From Tubulanus polymorphus (taxonomy: Eukaryota; Animalia; Nemertea), in contig NC_134028.1 of assembly GCF_964204645.1 (NCBI RefSeq), positions 15,569,653 through 15,633,652 on the forward strand: a DNA stretch of 64,000 bases, in the 5' to 3' direction. The notes under the pieces are model-generated. The model saw only the letters and a program-made list of their open reading frames with translations. It searched no databases and was not told the origin of the DNA. Numbering within the stretch: the first letter of the stretch is position 1; each line of letters starts with the position of its first letter. The translations under genes were made by a program, and so were the position numbers. Of the stretch, positions 22,801 to 34,800 are shown piece by piece.

Positions 22801-25800
22801 ATTAATCAGTCAAAATAATGAATTCAATTCAATTAGTTAAATTATTTCGGGAAAAAAGAGACAAGGGAAAGCCCTCAAACCGCTCGGACTCATCATTACG
22901 AGAGTGATTACTCCCTTAACTTCCTAATCCCTTTGATTTTTTGGCGAAAAAATCCAACGCGTTCATATACAAGAACGCCAAGAAAAAAGATGGCGGATTT
23001 CGCCAGTGGCTAAATGCAATATTGGTGATCAATCCAAATTTAGAAAATATTGGCAAAAACCATAGGAAAGGGTACAGTACTTGACGGAAATACATACGTA
23101 ACAATTTTCTAAGGCCTGAAATTATACCCCAATGAAACCCCTTACATCCGGCCTTCTGACATATCAGTGGAAGAGTGGAAAAATATATGTTTTAGTTGTT
23201 CTATTGCTTTGAAATTTTTACTTCATAAAGTAAGGATATATGGCATACAATTTCAGTTGAAATTGAATCAGTGGATCAGTGGATTTTGCTGGGAGACAGA
23301 GCAGTTTATCTGAAACTTTTTCACAAATCTTTTTATGGTGGCCATCTTGGAGTATGTGACCTTGACCTCAAGTTCACTTATATCCAAATTATTTATGTCT
23401 ACTTTGTTGGCCCAAAAGTTATCAACAACGTGCTATATAATTTTTCTGTGTCAGATTCCTTGGTAACTATTCTATGAAGCATCAAATATACCCCTATAAA
23501 CCCCTTAATTCCGTCCGGTACAGCAGCAGAGACACTATGTGGTATTGAAAGGGTTAAGCATGTCGTAACTTTTATTTGCATGACGGTAAAGTGCAGAAGG
23601 AGTGTCAATAATTCTTGTATATGTATCCTATATTTATACATTAATCTTTTTTTAAGTCAATTGAAAAGGTCCACATGTGGTGATTCGGATTGCGGCAATA
23701 AATACCAGAATCGTTTATCTTTTTTTCAATGTTTCACCATATCACGTTCATTCACATATACCCACATCCAAAATCGTGCACACAATCTGTATGAGGGTCC
23801 TCTCCCAGAATATTTTGAACTCCTAGATCATCTGAGACATGTTTTCAGCTCTTCTGGCAATACTTTTTCCACAGAAAATTGATTTGAGCCAAAGACAATG
23901 GCTGCCAGTCAGCCATCGTGATTCTGATCCCGGTTTGTTTTTCTGCAGATGCGTCTAAGGGAGCATCTCAAAATTTCGATATTTACTTCAATTAGAATAA
24001 CTCGCGGAAGGGGTGGCGGAGGCCTCCCACTGATTCATCATGACTGCCGAACTGTTGATTTATTGTGGTACCAGATAGCATTGAATTGAATTGCAGTTTC
24101 AAATATATATGTTACAAGCAGTAGATTTAACCGTCTCTCTTTTAGATGCTGTTGGTATTGCAGATATATTTGATTTTGTTTATTAAGTCTATTCGAGTTC
24201 AATAGGTTTTTCAACTTTTAATTCATTTTTCAATCGAAATACTCTCGTGAGACTGTCTTATCTTCATCTGTGGTCTCTCATTAGAAAATCAAGCTGCAAC
24301 TTTGGCACGTGTCTACTCGAAGGGGGGGGTTAAAACCAATTAGATAGTTATTCTAATTGATGGAACTTTTCAAATTTTGAGATGTTTCCTAAGCAAATAA
24401 ATATCAATACCAAACATCAATTATGATATATGTCAAAGCATATTGCAAACTTCCTTAAACAGCCCATCTACGGAAGGACTGATAAGAAATGAATGCAGGG
24501 CCGAAGACTTACCCAAGCGTTAGGACAAAGTGATCGGTACACACGCTTGAAATATTCGCATGGTTCATGGTCGTCTCCCTTTATTTTGTGGCAACGATGA
24601 TAATCAACATAGTTTTGCCAACAGTTTCTGAAAAGAATTAAATCATTCAAAAATTACGAGTTTGAAAATGTGGAAATATTACAAGTAACATTAAGGCTAA
24701 CTACCAATGGCCAGGGCAGCAGTTGCGAGCACCGAAAGCGCCAAATGGGTGGGGGGTTTTGAGGCCCTTCCACAAACAAATTTTGAACTTTTAAGTTATT
24801 GTTGCAGGAGACCCATTCTTCCAGCTTTGACAAACAAGAGCCCCACGGGGCACTATAGCCAGCCTGTCAGCTTTTCAGCCTGTCAGCATGCTCGCACATA
24901 GGAGTGAAAACGTACAATGACTTTCCTATGTTTTTTTTTAAAGTGACTCCCCTGGACTATTTACTCCAGTCAACATTTCAGCTGGCCTAACTAACTCAAC
25001 CAACGCCAAACTGACTTCTTCCGTCTGTCTGCAGCGCTACCTAGTGAGAAGAGTATAAAATTCTGTAACCGGCTGGTGTTGTTGTATCGGCAGGCTGGCC
25101 GAGGAACTAGCATTTACACCAGTGGTACAGGATTCCATCCATCAGGAACAACAAGGCAGTTAACCCTTATATGTACCATCTTAATTGCATCGCAGAATGA
25201 GAATGATTATCATAACTTTTCATAGTCTTTATATACAGAATCATGAGTATGATGTGAGAACTAGGTGTCAGACAAGTTGTAGGCATCAGGACTCACAAAC
25301 TAACACCTAGCGGCATATTTGAGAGACGTAAATTAATTAATGATGAGCAGTGACTAGAGCTAATTACTTTGAAAACTGAGTAATGTGACATGTTGATTAC
25401 GATAAAGCACATATTGATACTATATTCATAAGTTATATTACATTGTTAACTCTTTGCCTGCCAGGCCTATTTTTCAGGAAATGCTGCGGTTTGCCAGGAT
25501 TTCCGTGTTTTTCAGAGATTCATAAAACAAAAACTAAAAGAGATATCATCATCAAATTCTACATGTAGAATAAGCAGAATTTCTTCTAAAAGTGATAAAA
25601 TCTGCAGCAATCACTAGTGCAGAGGGGTATTATACATAAAATAAGCCCATTCATGCGTGTTCAGACCCCATTTCAATAGATGACGTCACTAACACACTGC
25701 ATTGAACGACTGATGATAGTTTGTTTTAGTAGTAAAGATGTTAAACTAACAGGAATTGTGCGATGAATTTGCCATCTATCGTAAAGTTAAGAAACAAGTC

Positions 25801-28800
25801 AACCGTACCAGTACGGTTTTGGCAGGCAAGCGATGGGATATGTCGATCACACCAGTACGTTTTAGGCAGGCAATGAGTTAATACTATCATTATTATTATT
25901 AAGCATTTCCTATAGTAAGTAAATATGAAATACCATGAACCATTAGATATGAAATTGTAGATATATATGATCATAGAATATGCAACTTATATCAGGGTGA
26001 CAGATGCCCCCTTGTCCAATTAAATTTGGTCCTCCAAATGTGCAGAAAACGTAGATGCTGAAAGCTCATCAAAACTCCTTCCGCCGCGAAAACATAAAAA
26101 TTTGAGTTTTAGCGCGCGAAAATGTGCAAACGCTGAACAGTAACGGCCGGACTTTCAGTCATTCACGAAGGAGTCACATGTTGACGATATGTTAACTGTA
26201 ATTTTGAATGATCTGCAGAGGATCCCCGAATTCTGGTTGATTCTCCGACGAACAAAACTAGCAATGTGTTGTGTAGTTATAGCGTCCCGAAGTCCAGTTG
26301 GTGATAGCAAGTAGTACACATTTCTCTGTTTTGAAGATCTTTCGATTACTGACTGGAAATAGCTTTGTGACTGAATTTTGTGATACAATGATAGTAACGT
26401 GCAACATCTGACATCAGAACAGTGTTAAGGCAATAACACAACACAGATACAGTTACCCTTGTCAACCAAAAGCAATAAATTATCATCCCAAATAAGTGGT
26501 CAGGTGTAACTGAGATTATATATTTGTCCACATAAAAATTTAACCAATTCATCTTCATGTTTCAGTTATACTTACAAACAAAAAATATAAACCCATGAAA
26601 ATGAAAATTGCAGATTAAACCTTTTGTACGGTCGAAATGTTGTCGCGAAAAAAATATAGATACGCACTGTACTGTAAGTAGATGAATTTGACTAATTAAC
26701 CTTAGACATATTCTCAGAGAAGTGTACCGTATTCGAATACTTATGGTACGAAATGCAACTAAAAATGATTTATTCTGATTGGAACTAGATGCCTAGAAAA
26801 AAAAGAATTGTGAATCATACTATTTAAACCGGCGATAACTTTCTTGATCGTACGGCAGTATCTTATATCCAAATTCCTATAATTTTCTATCATCTTCATC
26901 TGACAACTAATTCCAGACAAAGAAGCAACTATATTACCTTCGACATGGTTCCCACAGATATATGAATTCAAAATTCACAAGTTTTTCCCAAGTATTTCAC
27001 GGGTGATTTTCCAATTTTGCTAAATGCAAACGAACACATATCGTCATGCTACAGTCAACATTTTAGGGGTGACTGGTTGATAAAGGTGATTTTGAAGGGA
27101 AATTGCTGAAGAAAGTTGCCCTTGGCAAATGCAATATGTGAAATGTAATGAATTTCCCAAATAATTCCCTGATTTGAGGAAAATTTTTCAAATTCCCAAA
27201 TATTTCCAAACCGGGAATTATCATTTCAAAATTCCCAAGATTTCCCAATTTCCCTGTTCTGTGGGAACCATGCTTCGACTGACAATAAGTTACTGTTATG
27301 CATTGTATCCACTGAAACAGCAGCAATGTTCACGATCAATACGGCCATCTCATAGGTGTAGTTGAATACGATCTACTCGTGAGGTCCATGTTCCAGTCAC
27401 AATCAATAGTTTAACAGCTTCATCTGTACTGGTGTAAGTCACGAGGACTTAAATTCGGGTTCTCCCCATCTGTAACCGTCGATCTGTGAAGGTAAACCCG
27501 GTTCTCCGCCATCTGTTACCGCCTGGTTGTTGTATCGGCAGGCTGGCTGGGGAACTAGCATTTACACCAGCGGTGCAGGATTCCATCCATCAGGAACAAC
27601 AAGGCAGTTAACCCTTATATGAACAATCTTTATTGCATGCGGGAATGAGAATGATTATCATAACATAATGATGTGAGAACTAGGTGTCAGACAAGGTGTA
27701 GACATCAGGACTCACAAACTAACACCTAGTGACATATTTGAGAAACGTAAATTAATAAATGATGAGCACTGACTAGAGCTAATTCCTTTGAAAACTGAGT
27801 AATGTGACATGTTGATTATGATAAAGCACATATTGATACTATATTCATAAGTTATATTACATTATTAACAATATTATTGTTATTATTATTATATCATTAA
27901 GCATTTCATATAGTAAGAGATATGAAATATCATGAACCATTCGATATGAAATTGTAGATACAATTGATTATAGAATATGCAACTTATAATCAGGTGACAA
28001 TTCTCACTCCCTGATGTGCGGACAGACTGCAAAAATTTATAGATATGGAAAAAACCGGGGCCTCCCAAGCGACGGCACAAACAACTAGGCGCCCAGGGAC
28101 ACCATGCCCACTTGGGAAGTGGTTTCAAATACTCAGCGATCTATCAATTTCAATACATAACGCCCCCTAGTGACCATATACAAAAACAAATGACCTTGAA
28201 ACCCACCAAAATCATAGAACATGTCAGCAGCTATGATTTTGTAATTGATTGTGATAACAAAATATGCCTCGTTACCAATTTAATATGGAAATACTAAGTT
28301 ATTCTACTATTCAACGCCCCCTGGTGACCATATGCAAAACCCAATGACCTTAAAACTCACCACAATCGTAGTACATGTCATGAAATACAACTTAACAATC
28401 GATCATGGTAACAAAATATGCCTAGGTACCAATCTAATAAGGAAATACTGAGCTATTCTACTATTCAACGCCCCCTGGGGACTATATGGAATAATTAATG
28501 TCCTTAAAAACTCACCACAATCATAGACAATGTCATGAACTACAACTTTGCAATTGATCATGGTAACAAAATATGCCTAGGTACCAATCTAATAAGGAAA
28601 TACTAAGTTATTCTACTATTCAACGCCCCCTGATGACCATATACAATAACTAATGTCCTTAAAACTCACCAAAATCATGGAAGATGTCATGAGCTTCAAC
28701 TTTGCAATAGATTGTGGTAACAAAATATGCATAGGTACAAATATAATATAGAAACACTAAGTTATTGTATTATTCAACGCCCCCTGGTAGCCATATACAA

Positions 28801-31800
28801 CTAGGGGTCCAGGGACACCATGCCCACTTGGCAAGTGGTTCCAAATGCTCAACAATCTAACAATTTCAATATTCAACGCCCCCTGGTGACCATATACAGA
28901 ATCCAATGACCTTGAAACTCACCACAATCATAGAATATGTCAGAAGCTACAATTTTGTAATTGATTGTGATAACAAAATATGCCTCGTTACCACTTTAAT
29001 ATGGAAATACTAAGTTATTCTACTATTCAACGCCCCCTGGTGACCATATTCAAAACCCAATGACCTTGAAACTCACCACAATCATAGAACATGTCATGAA
29101 CTATAACTTTGTAATTGATCATGGAAACAAAATATGCCTAGGTACCAATATAATAAGGAAATACTAACTTATTCTACTATTGAAGAAAGAAATGTGACGC
29201 GGGTATTGTAACTGGTATGATTTAGATATCAAGGAATCGAAACGACTTATCAAAAGCAGCGAGGAATGAAAAAGGATGACGTTGGTCGAAGAAATGGAAG
29301 AGGATTCTAAAATATTAACCAATTTAGTAAAAAAATATGTATAATAAATGGAACCAGAACAACCACAAACTATAAATATTACAAATAACACTGGTGTTAT
29401 AAATATATACTACAAGAAGTGTTCTAAGTGTGAATTAGATAAATCATTAACAGAATTTAGTAAGCGTAAGATTAGCAAAGATGGTTTTCAATATTGCTGT
29501 AAAACTTGTTTTAAACTATATACCAAACAATATCGAGAAGATAATATAGAACATTATAATTATCATATGGCAGAATATATGAGAGAAAGATATCAAACAG
29601 ATCTTAATTTTAGATTGAAACAATGCTTAAGATCTAGATTAACACAATTATTCAACGAAGAAACACATTCAGAAACATTATCTAATTTGTTGGGTTGTTC
29701 AGATGAATTTCTCAAATCATGGATTATATTTCAATTCGATGATAAAATGAATATAGATGATTATGGGGATTATTACCATATTGATCACGTGTTACGAATA
29801 TCTAAATTTAACATGAATGATGAATACAATAAAAAACTTATTTGGGGTTGGAAGAATTTAAGACCTTTAGAAAAGAAGGAAAACATAATTAAATCTAATA
29901 AACTAGATTTACAGTTATATTTGGATCAATTAGATAAAGCAAAGAAATTCATTGAATTATGGAACAATGATCCAAATAACGAACAATATGTTGAATCTTT
30001 AATGAGTGGTTGAAGAATAATAGATTTTAAATAAAAAATATTAAAAATTACATATCTTCAACTAGCTAGTATTAGTTATTGTTTTTTTAATATTTTCTTT
30101 TCAAAAAAGAATACTTTATATCACAAATAAAAAATACTAAAAAAACAATAACTAATACTAAAATTCTTTACCTTTAACTAAGCTAGTATTAATCTAAAGA
30201 GATACTGGTATCATTTGAAGAATACTTATAATATTTTTTTTGCTTTTTTCCTCTAATATAAATGTCAAAGAAATCTAATAAGAATAGTATTGATATTGAA
30301 AAGACATTAGATGATTTGGGTATAAGTGATAATAAAGATACAGTTGTTTCTAATTCTATTCAAGTTAATAACAATATAGATTATGAATACTATTTATATT
30401 GTAAGCATCATCTTGAATTATTGATTGCTGGTGGGAAATCTAAGGAGTTTCTAAATAGAATCATTACTTTTCAAGAACTAGACTCTATGAAACCAGATAA
30501 AGTAATAAAATATTTTAAGATTTATGAAGAAGCAAGATTAGCTAAAATAAATGATTCTATTTCCAATGGTATTGTCAAATGTTATTCTAAGTTATGTAAC
30601 CAGTTAATACCAATTGATGATGAAAATAAATTATATAGTGATTTGAAAAATGATTACTTAGTTATGACTGAATTACAAAAATGGGTTGGATATGCTTCAT
30701 TTCAATTAGGATCGGTTATGACATAAATTTCTACTGGCGTCATAACATTTTCGAATATCAAGCCTATGGAATATAAATCAGGTAAGAACGAAACAGATGT
30801 ACTACAACCAAACGTCGAAACAGAAAATGAACCAGAACAAAAATTAAGTAAAATAAATGAGTGATGGAGTTAAGAAAAAGGCTAGATCCGAGAAACAAAT
30901 TAAATGGGCAAGAGAATTAGGTAAAAGATCTTCAGAATTAAAAAAAGCTAAGAAAAAGAAATTAACTGATATAAATGAATCACAGACTTTATCTGATATT
31001 GATTCAAATAATAATCCATCTGATTCTTCTAATGCTGGAAGTAATTATAAATTATATATTACAATTGGATTAGTAACAGTTATTATATTATCCGGTGTAA
31101 TATATAAATCGAAGTTCAAATCTGATGATAAATATGATTCCAATGACAATCGGAAACATATTATACCAGAAAATAAGTCAAATCATAAAGCCATTGAAAC
31201 TAAATCTAAATTATTATTAATGGATTAAAATAAGATGAAAAAAGAACAATATTTAAGAGATTTATATTATAACCCAGAGAGTGAAGTATCATATTCTAAC
31301 GTTTCAGAATTATGGAATAAAATTAAATCTGATAAAGAAAATGGTAATGGTGCCGTATGGCACCCACATGGTGGTATAAAATATAGTGAATTAAAATCAT
31401 GGTTACAAAATCAACCAACATATCAAATCCACAAGAAAATGGATAAAACTTATTTAACAAGAAAAGTTATGGTTTCATATATCGATCAACAATGGCAACA
31501 GATTTAATTGACATGAAGAACTTAGAAGAATACAACAAAGGATATTTCTGGATACTGAATGTTATAGACATATTCAGTAGATACGCATGGTCAATTCCAA
31601 TCAAAAATAAAACTGGAATAGAAGTAACAAATGCTTTTAAATCTATATTTAAAGAAGCTATTCCAGATAAGATACAATTTGATGAAGGTAAGGAATTTTA
31701 TAACAAACATTTCAAAAAAATATTATCTGATAACGATGTAGACTATTTTTCAACACACTCAGATAAAAAAGCATCTATTATAGAAAGATTTAATAAAACA

Positions 31801-34800
31801 TTGAAAACTAGAATGTGGAAATACTTTACTGCTAATGAAACATATAAATATATCGATGAGTCTATGAATGTATTAGATGATTTAGTGAAAGGTTATAATA
31901 ATTCTAAACATAGTTCTATAAATATGAAACCTATACAAGCTAGAAAAGAAGATAATTCGGAAATAGTTTGGAATAATTTATATGGAGCGTTTGTTACACA
32001 TGATTTCGGTGAACCTAGATTCAAAATTAGACAACACGTTAGAATATCTAAATAAAGAAAAACATTTTATAAAGGTTATACTCCAAATTTTACTGAACAA
32101 ATATTTAAAATTAAAAAGATAATATTAACTAAACCTTTTGTTTATAAATTAGAAGATCTAAAGGATGAAGAAATATTAGGTTATTTCTATGAACAAGAAT
32201 TATCACTTGTACCAAATCCAGATAAAATAGAATACAAAATAGAAAAAGTATTGAAAACAAAATCTCTTAAAGGAAAAAAGTATTCTTTGGTGAAATATAA
32301 AGGATATGATGATAAATTTAATGAATGGATTTTATCTAGTAAAATTAAAAGAATAAATGAATAAAGATTTATTTATATTTGAACCTCATAATATGTTAAT
32401 AACTGGAGTAACCAATTGTGGTAAAACACATTTCATATTAGACTTGTTAGAAACTATTTATAAGAATCATTTTGATAATATAATATTATTCTGTCCTACT
32501 TATGAAATGAATAAAACATATAATAGAGATATAGTTAAGATGAAAAAGTTTATTATATTAGATCCTAAAACAGTAAAAGAAAATTTAGATAATTGTATTA
32601 AAATAGCAATTGATACTTATAAAGGATCAAATACATTATTCATTATAGATGATTGCGCAAATTTACATGATTCAAAAGTGAGTTATGTTATCTAACTTTC
32701 TCTGGGAGACATTTCGGGATAACAACATGGGTTTTAAATCAAAAATATAATTCAATTGTTAAAGACTATAGGGAGAATATAAGATTTCTAGTTTTATTTT
32801 ATAACAAAGATAAAAAATCTATGCAACAATCATTGGAAGAAAATCAAATTATACCTACTGAATTACACGATGAATATATGAATAAATTAAAGAATAAAGG
32901 TTCAAAATTATTACTGAGACTACAATTTCCATATGAATATAAATTTATAAAATAACTATTTGTGTAGATACCCTATTAGATACCCTAATACCTGATACCC
33001 CATTAGATACCCTAATACCTGATACCCCATTAGATACCCTAATACCTGATACCCCATTAGATACCTTAAATACTTAAAACCCCCTTTTTTATTTACTATT
33101 ATTTTATACAATTTTCAACCTTTCTTATTTGAGTGTTAGATAATTAGTTTCTGAATCACTTTCACTATAATCACTTTCAGACCCTAAAAATTTATTCAAA
33201 TGCTCTACCGTATCTTCATAAATAATTGGTTTATTATTTTTATACTTATTTTTCACCTTTTTTACTGAATCATCAATAGTTGTTTCATTGTTATACTTAT
33301 TCATCCAATCAAATTTATCATTATTTTCTACTTTATGTTTCATAGAATCTTTATTAGTGTTTGCTCCTAATATTTCATTTACAGTGTTTGATCCTAATAT
33401 TTCATTAGCATCGGTTAAATCTAATTCATCTTTATTAGGTGTTGCTAATAAAAAATCTTCATATAATTCTTTACCATTTACTTTTTTATTTGAAACAAAC
33501 TTTGTAACATATCTAAATGGGTGTTCTATAAATTCTTTTAAACCAACACGTTCTATAACATTAGTAATATGTGAATTTGTATTCATATGTTTATTCCAAT
33601 TTGATGGAGCGTTTGAAAATTCACCATTACAATAACCACATTAATTTTTGTTATCCTTATATTTTAATATTATTTCATTTTTTGGTGCAGAAGGTATTAC
33701 ATTATTAGAAGTAGTAGGTATTACTGTAGTAGGTATTACTGTAGTAGGTATTACTGTAGTAGGTATTACTGTAGTAGGTATTACTGTAGTAGGTATTACA
33801 TTATTATCAATTACATTACTTAAATTATCAACAACTTCACTTTTATTATTATCGATTTCTATTAGTTTAGTTTTATAAATTTTGAAAATAGGATCAAATA
33901 TCAAAGCTATATTACAAGGTATTACATAATATAAACCATCATTATTTTCATGTGTATCGATGTATGGAATATGTTTATACACTTTACCTCCTTCCATTTA
34001 TTATATATATTTTATTAAAGTTAAAATTTTAATACATAACACTATCTAATTGTGAATTTATAATATTTAATTGCGCGTCAGATATAATATAAATATGCAT
34101 TTTAAAATTTTTGATTCCTTTATTCTTTGTCATGAATAATTGTATTCCATCTTTAGTGTTTTGTAGTTTTTTTTCCAGAACCATGTAATGAATTATCCTC
34201 TGTTGTTCTAAAATCTAACCATAATGCATATTTATTACCGGTATAATAATCAATTTGATTAATGTTACAATTTTCAAATGATTTTACTTTTTCATTCATA
34301 AAATGTTTTCTAATTTCTGGCCATTGATCAATCATTCTCATTCCTTGACAAAATATTTTATTTGCTATTCCTTCGATAGTTATTTCTACTTTTGTTATTT
34401 CAGGATTATAATAATTATCAACATTTATTGCGCCATTAGTATATGTTGCAATGGTAAAAAATATTAATATGCCTTTAATAGATCTTCTTGGGAAGTTAAT
34501 ATTCTCATTAATAATTTCATCATTTGCATTAATAGTTACGGTTTTAAATTTATCAATATAATCATATAATAATGAAAATCCTTGATTGTATTTAGTTTGA
34601 ATTATACTTGAAATATCTTCATCAGTTACTGTATCATATTCTAAACATATATTCGATAATTTATAACTCATATCTTTAACAACGCTAGATAATACAATTT
34701 CATTTACAGGAGCAAATGTTATCTCAAATATAATATCTTCTTGAATTGCGTATTCATATAAAGGTGCATTATTATTTATCAATTCAAAGTCTAATGGAAG

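Larger units (their letters stand above)
19489..23090 (-). mobile_element. Internally deleted DIRS1-type tyrosine-recombinase retrotransposon
   Basis: Inverted terminal repeats (about 19535-19658 vs 22988-23074), internal complementary region about 19718-19800 joining both termini at TTT, plus gag, RT/RNase H and YR fragments. Confidence 0.9.
18966..23553 (+). mobile_element. Non-autonomous piggyBac element hosting the DIRS insertion
   Basis: TTAA|ccctt(a/t)caataccac TIRs, TTAA at 18962-18965 and 23554-23557; acidic transposase-like N-terminal remnant MAAARKKT...[10 protein letters not shown] from about 19115. Confidence 0.8.

Noticed and set aside
24468-24650. Stand-alone 60-aa ORF or COX6B processed pseudogene
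   Set aside because: It is an internal exon with canonical splice sites, in phase with exons at 39.9 kb and 16.8 kb.
28140-29181. Regularly spaced conserved motif resembling a CRISPR or attC array (also 47900-49030)
   Set aside because: The intervening sequences are homologous to each other, so these are whole-unit tandem repeats inside a HINE-type element.
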